From NCBI GenBank assembly GCA_025594325.1, contig JANHCV010000005.1, forward strand, positions 806,001-870,000: DNA of 64,000 bases, in the 5' to 3' direction. Shown here piece by piece: positions 37,728 through 49,344 of this stretch. The notes beneath the pieces were generated by a model that saw only the letters and a program-made list of their open reading frames with translations, made no database searches and was not told the origin of the DNA. Source of the DNA: Blastocladiella emersonii ATCC 22665 (Eukaryota > Fungi > Blastocladiomycota). Numbering within the stretch: position 1 is the first letter of the stretch; each line of letters begins with the position of its first letter. A program made the translations under genes and the position numbers.

Positions 37728-38391
37728 ATGGTTGCAGCGCAAAAAAACGCTAAAAAGAATCCCTCGTTCAGCTCTTGTCCAGTTACTCAACGATCGCACA
37801 ATGCCACTCATGCAAACTTTTACTATGGGCAGTCTGAGCGGACCGACTGCCGCTTCTACGCGGGGATCTGCTCAGGCCAGCGCTCCTACACGTGCACCTG
37901 TGCAGCCTGCCCAGGCTAGCGCTCCTACGCGCGCGCCTATGCAGCCTAGTGGCTGCTGCAGAAACCAACGGCTGGACCTCTCGAATGGTGTCCAAGAGCG
38001 ATGACGGCGACGCCAAGACCATCGAAGGCGCGATTCCTGGCGCGTTCACGGCGCAGCCCGCAACCGCTTCCATCGTGCCACGGCCACAGGCGGACATGCA
38101 GCAGATTCAGCTGTCAAGCAGCTCGGCCGAGACCAAGGTCAAGAAGCTTGAGGCGCAGGTCAGCGATTTGGACTCCAAGCTCAACGCGATCGCGCCGCAG
38201 GTGTTCAATACCATCATCAACTGCAGCGAGAGCGCTTTGAATGGTCCTCGTACGAACTTCCGTGGCAGCAGTTTGGTGGCCGTGACAACTGGTCTGCTGC
38301 ACCAAACCCGTGGAACAAGGTCCCGGCCGCGCCGAACGGGTCGCCCTTGAAGCTTCATCCCGCCGTACTGGCCGTCATCCTGGCCAACGAG
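37728..38391 (+). pseudogene. 5' half of a Gag-like ORF (DIRS/Ngaro-like) interrupted by the MULE
   Basis: Low-complexity repeat AQASAPTRAP(V/M)QP x2, coiled-coil TKVKKLEAQVSDLDSKL, then LHPAVLAVILANE, which continues in frame after the MULE. Frameshifted. Confidence 0.5.
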
Positions 38392-38497
38392 GGCGATTCC
38401 TATTCTGCCCCCCAGCCGGTTATTCTGCCCCCCGCAGCTATTCTGCCCCCTCGGCTATTCTGCCCCCAAGCCACGGTCACATGATATCGCGACGCGT
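38392..38497 (+). repeat. Left TIR, with four TATTCTGCCCCC motifs
   Basis: Reverse complement of 42301-42406, including CGGTCACATGATA and ACGCGT at the same spacing. Confidence 0.92.
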
Positions 38498-39001
38498 CGA
38501 TTTCCCGCGGCCGGCCGCCGTTCTCACGGCCCCGTCGACTTGTACTGACTCCGCAAAAAATCGCACACATAAAAAAGAGTTCATGCAACGTGATGAAAAA
38601 TGCTGAATGAAAAGCTCACGCGAAGCGATGTCGCTGCCAAATGAAAAACGGAAGCGTCTATATTCAACGGGTCGACAGGCTCAACATTTCTTGCTCTTAT
38701 CCAACTCTAGTGCTTCTTTTTGAGCAGCTCCTGGAGCGCGCGCGCGCCGGACGTCATGGGCGCGTTCGCGATCGCCGCGGGCGTGGTCGTGGTGGTCGCC
38801 GTGGCGGTCGCGGCGGTCGAGCGCGCGGCAGTCGTTGACGACAAGGTCGCGAGCTCCGCAGTCGTGACCGCAGTTCTCGAATCAGTTGCGTTTGCTGACT
38901 CGACTGTACCGCGCCGTGCGCGCTTGCGCGCGGGGCCCGAGTTCGCCTTGGCGGAGCTCTTCCGCTTCGCTACACGCTAGATGGTGAGATCCGAACGTCC
39001 C

Positions 39002-42000
39002 TCAAACGCGGCGACCAATCGTACCTTGCGTTGCAAAGTCTTTTGGGCAACTTGCGGGACGAGGAGGAGATTTCGGCGGCCGGCCGCGGTTGCTCCCGTA
39101 CTTTCTGGGCGGGTTGCGGACGTCAGGAAGGCTGTCCGCTCGTCCTTGCACCGGCTGCCGCGCCGCGGGAGCCTTGCCCTTCGCTGCAGCCGGGCCAGGC
39201 TCCTCGTCGTCGTCCGGCGGGAGCTCGCCGTCGTACTCGTCCTTGTCGAGCACAAGGACGTCTGCGTCGGCCGCGTCGAGATCCTCCTCGAGAGCTCTGG
39301 GCGTAGTCGGCCGCACCTGCTCGCGGATCAGCTGCCCGAAATTCGGACCTACAGGCTCGGGCGGCCGCACTTCGCCGCCGTTGCTGTTCTTGCCCAGACT
39401 GCCGTCCTCGCTAGGAAAAATGAAGTCGCGGTCGACCAGGCTCTTGTCCTTGGCCATGAGGTAGGCGTCATCAATCATGCTGAGCGTGAACCACACGTCC
39501 CCGGCGTGATACATCACGGCGAACGCGTGATCGCATGGATAGCCGTGTGTCACGCCGACGCGACACGAGCAGAGAATCGCGCCGTCGTTGAAGACAATGA
39601 GGTAGTAGAGCTCGCGCGACGACCGCCGAACGCCCACCCGCCATACCGATCGGGCGCACTCGTTGTTGGCGAGCTCGCGGAACTGGTCGTACGGCATTTC
39701 CGCGAGATCGCGCTCCTGCAGCCGCACTGGAGTGCAGTTGTGCACGTTTTGCAGACTACTTAAGAGCGCGTTAGCGACGTTTGGAGTGCAGTTTTGCGCG
39801 ATTGCCCTGGCAATGGCGCGTAGGTCCGCATTGAGGTCGCTGAACGAGCGACCCAAATTATTGCGGTACACGGCCTCCATCTTGTTGGCCTGATCCGCTT
39901 CGCGAATGAGCTCGCGGCCGACCGCACTGTCGACCCCCATCAAGCGAGTGTTGGTGTCGAGGCCGAACCGCTTGAGGAGGCCGTTCATGCCCTCGACACG
40001 CGAGCTCGTCGTACAGCCCGCGCGGAAGAAGGTACCAATCGCCCAGGTCGCCCACAGCCGCCGTTTTGGGTGCCAGGTGCGCGTCAGGTAGTTGCAGACG
40101 CGCTTGTCGAGATCCTGCGGCGGTTGACGCCATCGACGCTCAAACTCTTCCTCGGTCTGCGCTCCGTCGACGTAGAGCAAAAACTCGCGAGCGCGCTTGC
40201 GGATCTTCTCAAGATTCGGCGGATCGTCCGCGGTTCGTGGAACCGCCCGCCGACGGCCCCCGTCCCGCATATCGACGGCCACGTTCATGTGCCAGCGGCA
40301 CCCGACGGGTCGCCCATTGGGGAACACCGCTCGCACAGCGTTCTGTGCAGCCTGGTCAAAGTCGGTGATGATGACGAGGTCGGGCAAATCGCGCGAGAAG
40401 TCGATCGCCGCGTCCCCCTCGGTGAACGAGCGCGGATCGAGGTCGAGTCCAATAGGAGCAGCTGGATCTGGCGCGCTGGTGGTACTCGTACTCAAGCTGC
40501 TGTTGCTGGATGAGGACGCCGCAAGCGGCGCGTTGTCGCGCTCGTTGATGGAGCGCGCAGGCGCGTCCGTGTCCGACGCGTTGCTCTGCGCGTCGTCGCG
40601 AGCTGCAATTTGTTGAGTCGTTGCACGGTGAGCGAGTTGGCCGTCGTCTGGGCGATGAGCGAGAACCGAGTGGATCAGCGCATCTGCTGACCTGGCGGGC
40701 AGCGAGCGAGGCGGCATGGTCCAGAGGCCGCGAGCTGCGTACATGGCCAGCCGCGGAGCTGAAAATGCCCATTGGTGGTCCTCGGTGGCCTGCCGCGACA
40801 GGAGCGCTTGCCCGACGAGCCGCGAGTTGAGGTTGCTGTCGATCACGACGAACACGGACAGGTACAGGCCGTACACGTTGGTCTTGTACGTCACGTCCTG
40901 CATGATGACGCGCCCGTGATCCCGCAGCACCTCGAGCTGGGGGCGTCGCACCCAGAATAGTCGACGCGGTACTCGCGTCTTGGGGTCGATGTCGGCGAAC
41001 CACACCGGGTACTCCTGGGGCGAGTCGACGAGCAGCTTGATGAACCTGCTGCGTCGTCGCCCGGCTTGCCGTAGACCGTCTCAGTGACACGCCGACGAGC
41101 GTGCTCGACCTGCTTACGATGGAGCTTGGTCGTGTCGAATCGCCGCTGCAGCTCTGCGTGAATCTCGAACGTCTTGTCCTTGTTCAGCGTCATCTCGACG
41201 ACCGGCTCAATCATGGCGCGGGTACCCGTCACGACGCCATGGATGGGTGCTGGAGGGAGCGGACCCAGCTCGACGCTCTGCGGCGGGATCTCGATACACG
41301 TGTGCTCCCATCTGCACCGACCCACGACGACCCGCGCGGCAACCGAAGGGTCCGGATGCGAGATGACGATACGGAACGGGCAGTTGCGTCGCCTCGAAGG
41401 CTTCGCGCGCTGCCGTTCCTTCGGCTTCTGCTTGTGCACGCCCTCCCTGGAGCAGACGATGACCACGGTCGCAAAGAATGTGTGGTCTTCGCCTACAATC
41501 GAGTCGAGTCGTAGACACGCGCGGTCAGTGCAACTTGGGCCATGCAATGCGCGAGGATCACGTACTCGGTTCCGAATCAAAGATCCGGGCTCCGCGGCCC
41601 TGGAACGCGAGGAACCGCTTCATGGCCTCAATGTCGCAGTCGACACCAGATGCGTGCGGGATAGTGTTTCGCTTCCTATTGCCTTGGAGGCGATACACGA
41701 GCGGCTCGGCGAGGCCAACTTCGCGATGGTGTTGGGCGAGCGCGCGATTCACGTTCTACACGACTCGAACAAGTTATTCAACTTGGACATTCGAGTGCTC
41801 TTGTGCTCGTACCTGATAGAACTGCAGCGCGTCAGCGTCAGAGGTCGGGAGACGTTCAAACGTGATGTCGAACGGCCCGTCGGGTCGACGGATGGTCGTA
41901 GGTTTTGATAGCTTGTCCTGTGTTTGCTGAATGAGTTGGTCGAGCTGCCCGGAGCTCAGCGTAGTCGAAACGCCATGCGAGCCTACACGGCTCGACGCGT

Positions 42001-42010
42001 TAGCGTTCAC
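39002..42010 (-). pseudogene. MULE/FAR1-type DDE transposase with SWIM finger (frameshifted)
   Basis: FAR1-like VCSREG...CPF...HTC; DVTYKTN; IITDFD; CRWH; TTSSRVEGMN; SWIM CSC...GYPCDH. Frameshift near 41055 and further lesions in the 5' part. Confidence 0.9.
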
Positions 42011-42300
42011 GAACCCCTAACGCCATTGAAGGAAATATATTTTTTCTGGGTCAGACTTGCACGCGTCACCGCGTTGGTCGCCTCGATCGGACGCGCTCAG
42101 TGTTTGTCCGATCTGCTTTGACGCGACGCGTGGTGCGCGACGCGTCAAGACGGTCGCGCCGACGGCACTAGGAATCCGCGTAATAATTTCTTAGATTGGA
42201 AATTTCACGCGGAAGCGGTCACTTTTTTTTTCGGTGCGTGCAGCGTGCCACATTTTTTGAGGGAGTTGGGTTTGGTGCGCGGAGTTGAGCTGGGCATTTC

Positions 42301-42406
42301 ACGCGTTTTTTTATCATGTGACCGCGTCTGGACGGCAGAATAACCTGGGGGGCAGAATAGCCGAGGGGGGCAGAATAACCGGCTGGGGGGCAGAATAACC
42401 GCCTCC
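42301..42406 (-). repeat. Right TIR, with GGGGGCAGAATA motifs
   Basis: Inverted copy of the left TIR. Confidence 0.92.
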
Positions 42407-42873
42407 CCAACGAGTACCTCGACCTCCGCGCACTTCGCCCAGACTTCACGCCGAAATCAAGCCAGCTTACCGATCTCGGCTCTCCGATCACCACGATGGC
42501 CGAGTGGCACTCGCTGTTCGAGGTATATCGCACCGCCGTCACAGCTTTCGCGCCGTGGCGGTCCGAGGAACTGGCCGAACACATCCAGCACGTCATGAAG
42601 GAGGCGGACCGGCCCAACTACGCGATCGCCTTTGACGAGGCCGTCCGCAAGACCTTTCACTCGGACAAGAAGCCGGAAAAGCTTATGTTCTGCTACTCGC
42701 TTGCACGCGAGCGGCTCTCGGTGAACCCAGGTAAAACTGTGCTGCAGTGGGTGCTGAACAGCGTGCAGCAGATTGTCACCAAGTTGCTTGCGATGCTCGT
42801 CTCAAGCAACCCTGCCGAGCAAGTCCAAGCCTTGGCTTTGATTGCTTTCCTGTACGTGGTATTCATTTGGTGA
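42407..42873 (+). pseudogene. 3' half of the Gag-like ORF
   Basis: EYLDLRAL...WHSLFEVYRTAVTAFAPWRSEEL...FDEAVR resembles the DIRS/Ngaro ORF1 pattern (recalled from memory, not searched). Confidence 0.5.
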
Positions 42874-43121
42874 TGCCCTTTGTAAAGTGAATATGATGCA
42901 GACGACTTGTTTTCGATCCAACTCTGAGCGGACCACTACCGAGATGAGGTTGAAGAAGCGGGTGGACGCGTCGTACCTCTGGAACAAATCGCGAGGCAGG
43001 GACGCGTCGGGAAATCACGCCATCGTCCACGTGCTCGGTCATCGAGGCGGGCTTCGGTGACGACCAAGCCGCGCGTCTGAGCGACCTCCCAGATGTGTCT
43101 TCCCCTCGCGAAGTGCTACCC

Positions 43122-44973
43122 ATGGACTTGATGCAATCTGATGAAAATGCCACGGATAGGCCAGGCCTCGCTCGGCTCCCGACGGAATTGACGAGCGCGG
43201 TGCTCCAGCTTGCAGAACCGCGCTCCTCGATTGCACTTGCTTCGGCTGTCCTCCACACTTCAGCCTTGGATCAGCCCACTCATCTTGCTTGGATTATCTC
43301 TGTTGCTCAGCGCCTCGCTAAATGGCCCCACCGTGTCTGGTATATGCCCGGACCAGGTCCCGCTGGCAAGCCGTACCTGGGTGACGCCCTGACTTGCCTC
43401 ATCCACGTCGAGCACCACTCGCCGGAACGGGTGAACACTTTAATCGGCGAAGACCCGTTCCAGTATGCTTCGGCTCTCAAACAGATTATCCTTCCACTCG
43501 TTACACACATGTGTCGCCGCATCCGACCGACCGACCTTGAGCGAGACCATTATCGCCAAGCGCTTAAAGACTCGTTTTCCGAGCAGGCTGGCTCGGTGAT
43601 CAAGAGTCCCGTTGCCACGATCACCAGGCTCCTTGTCGCAGGCGTCGTGTTCGGTTGGACCGATTTCGTGCGCCAAGCCCTTGATTTCGTGGTCGCAAAT
43701 TGTCGTTCGCTCCTTGACGCCCGCTTGCACATTGCAGACTGGGCGCGCTGCGTCCAGGGATCCAGATGTACGATGGTCGACTTTGATTGGTTTTATCGTG
43801 TGTCTGCGCTACCGCTGCGAATCGTTGACGCGCTTGCGTACTACTCCGTTGTTGCGTGGCGGGTTCCCAGCTTCCAGCTGCTTCTTGGCGAGCCTCGGTA
43901 CACAGTGGACCAGGCGGCCCTTGTCGCCCTACTTTGTGCCAAAAAAATCATCCGAGTTTGCACTTTAAGCAAACGTGTACTCTGGTGGCCAAGGGAGCGC
44001 TTACGACGCCGCCGCCTTCGAGATTTTTGCGTGGATCTTTGAGCATGGTCCTCACATGCCTTCAAGTATGTGGAAGGCTTACGTCCACGCCGCCGTGTAC
44101 CTCGGTCACCGCATCTTTATCCCGCTTGATGACGAGGAAGAGGAACTCGAATTAGACTCGGAGGACGAGGATGAAGATCTTGAAGCGGAAGCGGCTAACC
44201 GCGAGCAAGGCGAACAATGGCAGTTGGATTTCCTTGCCTCGAAGGACGTGTCGACCGTTCTTGACTTGCTTTTTGGCTCCCCCTCCCCGAGCGACGAGGA
44301 CGAGCGCGCTGTTTGGCTTGCGACGCTCAATATTTCCGAGTTTCTCGCCGCTGCTCTGCAGCATCCACAGGGATGGTTTTCAAGCCAACTGAAACGGGAA
44401 AACGCTGTGCATCTCATTCTCCGTGCTGCGATTCGTCTCATTTTCCGGCCCGACACTGTCTCGCCAGTACCCGGTCAGTTCCGCCTTGTTCGCAATCATC
44501 CTGCCAATCACTGCCGTGACTGCTCTCTCGAGTTCCAGCAACTCTGGCGCAATCTGGTGGAACTGCTTTCCGAGCTGTGCAATTCCGAGCAGCTCCAATC
44601 CCTCCTTCCGCCCTTCCACGACATGTGGTCGCGGCTGTCCAAGCTGATTGAGAATCGAGGCACCGAGTGCACCAACGAGCGATTGTCGTGCAATCCATTG
44701 GCGTCCACCCAGCTTGCTGTTCGCGTCCTTCTTGCGAGTGACGCCAAGCGAGCGCTTGACCTGCTGCGCGTCGAGGTCGACTCTGGCAAAGTCTCGCCCA
44801 ACGCTCTGCGCTTGATTCTCGACGGCGCGCTGGACGGTATCGCGACGCCCGCGATGCTCTCCGATCTCTTCCGCAAGCTCTTTGCTGATTCCAACGCTGA
44901 TCCGTCACGCGCTGACCGCGAGCTCGTCTGTATCGCGCCCAAGGTCGCCTCGCTGATCAAACGCGTGTCGTAA
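43122..44973 (+). pseudogene. F-box-like family, long type, copy 1 (A7 frameshift at 43941, TAA at 43966, internal deletion)
   Basis: LARLPTELTSAVLQLAEPR N-terminus; homologous to copies 2 and 3 across two ORFs. Confidence 0.75.
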
Positions 44974-45538
44974 CTCCCACCCCGCATGTTTATTGGTTCA
45001 TTCAAGAGGCTCCGTTATGTTCCTCGTTCCCTCGTGCGTGACTTTGACTTGAGAAAGTGCGCAATGCCTGCGCGGCTCATATGGAAATCTGAGAGACCCG
45101 TTTTGATTGCGACTGGGAGCGGCCCTTGCTCCATGTCGCGTGATTAACGTATCGCCCATTTTATTTTTACGAAACTGGGCGTGCTGCAGAACGCCGAATG
45201 TAACTGCTGCGTCGCAACGCGTCTCGTCGCTGCAAGGCAAGGTCCGCGCGAAGCGTAAGGGTAACCCGTGGCCGTTTTACAGGTTTTCACAGGTGAGTTT
45301 ACCGGGCCGGCGATCGCGAAATATTAAATTTGTGCTATAACGGCTCCTGGCTGCGTTTTAGTGTGCAACGCGAGACTTGAGATGCGAGACGCGTCGCGAA
45401 AACACGCGAGCGGCCACGTGTGCCCTGCCGGGCTGAGGGACTCACCCTCGCGAGCAGTCCGAGACAGCCGCTCTCGCTCCAGCGCTTGCTCTCTCTCATT
45501 TTTTCGCCCGCCCTGAAGGAACTGGAGCTTGTAACTCA

Positions 45539-47891
45539 ATGCAAACTCATGAAATGGACCCTCGTGACAACCTTTTCGCTCGGCTGCCCGTTGAACTCGT
45601 AAGCGCGACGCTTCGGCTTGCGAAGCCGCGCGTCGTCATCGCGGTCGCCTCAGCATCGCTTCACGCTTTAGCAATTGATGATCCTGTAATTCTCGCTTGG
45701 GCCATCGCGGTTGCAAACCGGATTGCTGTGGCGCCTGGTCTCAAAACAGTAGGCAAGATGTTGGATCACTTTATTGGCACAGCCTCGAGCTTCGCTGGAT
45801 CGCGCTCATCTTCATATTCGACGATCGATCCTTACCGACCAAACAAAGTTCTCGTTGTTCTCGCGACCTACCTGTGTCGCCGCATCCGACTCAGTGACAT
45901 GGAGCCGGAAAAGGTCTCGAAAAGCGTGAGCGACTTTCGTTACGAGCGCGGCGGCTCGATTCTGAAAAGCCCGCTCGTGTGTCTTGCTCAGCTCATTGTT
46001 GAATTTGTCGTCCGTGCACGGACGGATGCCCTCCGCTGCACCCTTGACACAGTCCTCTCCACTTGCCCGCAGCTCATCAATGCTTCCATCGGCTTTTTCG
46101 AGTGGTCCCTGCTCATGTGCGATTGTCGGATTGCCGAGCTCGACGAAGTCTTGCATGACGAGGACATGGACGATGCAGATCACATCCAGTTGCGTTTTGT
46201 CGATGCTCTAGCGTACTTTTCCGTTGTCGCGTGGCAGCCTTCGACGTTTCGCCGGCTTCTCGATGATTCCCGATGCGCCATCAACACGGCCTCACTCGCC
46301 GCTACCCTCTCCACTCGCGCTCCGATGACTGCCGCGCTTATCTCAGCCCCATCCCAAGCGAGCACAACCAACGTAGCAGACATTTTAACGTGGATCTTTG
46401 GTCACTGCCCGGATTTTTCGGAAGAGGCGCGCACTGCGTACGTGCACACCGCCGTCCATGTGGGTCACGAAGCATATATGCCGCTGCTGGCACAGTTTCC
46501 CGACCAAGTCGTTCCGGGGCTTCCTTTCCGCGAGGACCTTCAAGATACACGTCTGCGCCTGTGGTGGTTCTCTGAGCTTAATCACGGATACGGCTACAGC
46601 GATAGCGACATTGTGAATGATGAAAACGACAACAGTGGCGATCACGTTGATGGTGGCCCCACGGCCTATCAACTTGGCAATATTGTCGCTCGCTGGTACG
46701 ACCATTCGCTCTCTATCGACGATCTTTTGCTTTTGGATCGACATGGACTCGTCGCAGCGAAGTGGTGGAAGTTTCTGATTGGCACGGCCATCGCTCAGGG
46801 CCACTTTGACTTCACATGCCGTGTTTGTGAGCGGTGCACACCAGTCGAATGGAGCAATCTCCTTCTCGAGGGTACGACTGCGCCTGCTAACCTGGATTAA
46901 GCGGCCATGACGACTCAATTCACTGGTATCACATGTAGCATACGTTGTGGGCAACGGCGCTTGGGCGCGGGCACGGCCGCGGCATGATGCTGTTTCTCGG
47001 GCCGTGATTCGATTTGCGCTTGTGCCTAGTGTCCATCGAGGCGGAGGCGGGGACAATCCGCTGAGTCTTTCCGACTTTGCCGAGGCCTATTGCAAGGATT
47101 GGCAATTCACGCCTTCGTTCTTGCGCTGGCAGCTCGACTTTCTGTGTTCGTCCGACGTTCACGCTCTCATAGTCGAGTTGCTCGACTCGCCCGTTTCGCA
47201 CTCCGACGACGAACGCGTTATCTGGTCCGCCTTAGCAGATCTAATGTGGCTTCTTGCCGCAGTTTCAACTGCGTCCGGTTATCAGTCCACCAAGTTTTCC
47301 GGATTCTCCAATTTTGTTCAAGAGGTTGACGCCAAACAGCTTTTTCTCCGTGCTGCAATCCGGGCGCTCTTCAAGCCTGATGGTGTCGAGCAATCGCCAA
47401 AACGACTCCGCTACTTTTCCGCGCAGAACGAACAAGTGTGTCGACGCTGTCCGCTCGTGGCTCAGCAGATTTGGCGCGATCTTGTCGACCAGCTGCTCGA
47501 ACTCTGCAGCCCAGATCAGCTTGCGTCGCTCATCCCACCCTTCGACGACGTCTGGGCTCGTATTTGTAAACCCGTCGATGTTTGGGGCAACAGCTGCTCG
47601 CAGGCGTGCAACCCGCTGTATTCGTCCCGACTCGCTGTCCGCGTCCTGCTTTCGAGCGACCCTCAGCCCATGATCGATGCGCTGATGAACGAGGCGGGCT
47701 CGGGCAGTCTTTTGATCACTGCCTTGACTTTGCTGCCCGACGGCGCGTTGGACGGCCTCCTGGCACCCGAGAAGCTGGCCGATCTCGCGCTCAAGTTCAA
47801 GACGGTCTGCAACGCCGATTCGGCGTGGGTTGCCCGTGAACTTGCGCGGGCTGCGCCGAAGATGTCAAAGCTGGCCCAGCTCGATCTATAA
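45539..47891 (+). CDS. F-box-like family, long type, copy 2; apparently intact, two exons (intron 46872-46938)
   Basis: FARLPVELVSATLRLAKPR N-terminus; the GTACGA...TGTAG intron joins ORFs 45539..46900 and 46947..47891 in frame (G|CA TAC GTT GTG). Confidence 0.8.
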
Positions 47892-48404
47892 CGGCTCGCT
47901 GGTGCCCGTTTCCTGTCGATTTGTACTCGTTGCAATATATTTCTATTATTTGGTGCCAAAGCTGCTCCAACTCGCGGTGTGCAACCTGAGAGTCGCGTTG
48001 CGACGACAACAACAACGTGGACGGCGCCGTAAGATTCAACCGCGGCAACGCGAGATGCGCGAACACACGGGCGTGCGAATTGAGGTTTGGTTCTACGCGT
48101 TATCAAGGCGCCCGTGGTCTGCCCGGCCTACTCAATCGTATCGAGGGCTAAAGCCCTCTATTTTTGCCTAGCCGACGCGCGCCCTTGGGATCTGACGTGT
48201 CTCCCTGGCCCACGTGCGTCACGCACGTGTTTCACGCGTTTCATGGGATATAACCAACGCGTCTGAGTCTCCCACCACCAAGCTCTCTCGCCTGCAGTCA
48301 ATCGTGATAGTAACAAAAAAAAAATCAAGTATTGTGAATGAGAGGACAGCAACAACAAAGGAGGGAAACGGAGGAAGTGGAGAGAGGAACACGACGTCGT
48401 TCAG

Positions 48405-49344
48405 TTATCTGCGGCCGCCGCGGCGGCGGCGGCGGCGCTTGGGGACCGCCTCAAACCCGTCCTCGTTGTTGTCACCGCCCTCCTCGGCGGCCATGGCGGC
48501 CGTGCGCTTGGGCGCGTCAGCGGGAACGGCCGTGGCCGACGCGACCTCGCGATCCGTTGTGCCCGCCTCCTCGATTATGGGCGCCGCGAGCGCGACTGTC
48601 GCACTTGAAGTCGACGACGACGACGACGACGACAACGACGACGACGCGGCCGACGACGACGACGCGGCCAACGAGCCAACCGGCGGCCCGGCGGGCTGCA
48701 CGGCGGTTGAGAGCGTTGAGGTTGACGACGACGAGGCGACGGTCGCGTCAACCCGCAAAACGGCGGGCTGCACAGCGGTCGAGGACAACGACAACGCGTT
48801 GGTGATCTGCGGTGCGGCGGTCTGCACAGCGGCCGTCAAGGAGGACAACAAGGCGACGCTGTCGTTGAGCTTGCGCAGGATCCCTGCCATGCGCGTCGTG
48901 AACTTGGGGTCCGAGTCGCCCTCCTTGTCAGACACGTCAAACACGAACCGCGGCTGGCGCACGGGCGAGGACAGCGTCAGCCCTGACAGCGGCGTGGCTG
49001 GGGTCGGCGGGATGGACTCCTGCGGGCAGGCGCCGTACGGGTTGCTGCGGCCCGCGGGACCGCCGTGATGGTGCGCTGGCGGCGGCAGAACGGCCGCCGA
49101 CGATGAGCCCGCGGGACCACTGTGATGGTGATGGTGGGCCGGCGGCGGGACGGCGGGCGCCAATGACAAAGAGGGGGTTGACGGCGGGTTGAAGGACGCG
49201 GCCATCGACGGCTGCTGCGGCGGGACGGCGGGCGTTGACAAAGAGGCAGGCGCCGACGACGAGGAAGAGGGGGTGGAGGGCGGGTTGAAGTGCGAGGCCG
49301 GCGGGGGCATGGCAAGCGCCGTGGGCGCCAAAGGCAGCGGCGCC
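48405..49344 (-). other. 5'-truncated low-complexity ORF (P/S/A/H-rich, basic C-terminus PKRRRRRRGGRR) inside the element, antisense to Rep-Hel
   Basis: Open frame 48405..49544 whose low-complexity part ends at the junction with the Rep-Hel remnant at about 49345; has internal direct repeats. Confidence 0.5.

Larger units (their letters stand above)
38392..42406 (-). mobile_element. Mutator-like (MULE) DNA transposon, 4015 bp, imperfect 106-bp TIRs, 8-bp TSD CCAACGAG
   Basis: TSD at 38384-38391 and 42407-42414; TIRs at 38392-38497 and 42301-42406; internal MULE transposase. Confidence 0.93.

Noticed and set aside
38401-38467. TATTCTGCCCCC repeats as a CRISPR array
   Set aside because: The repeats are 12 bp with 4-8 bp spacers, are mirrored at 42335-42397 as TIRs, and there are no cas genes. 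The context is eukaryotic.
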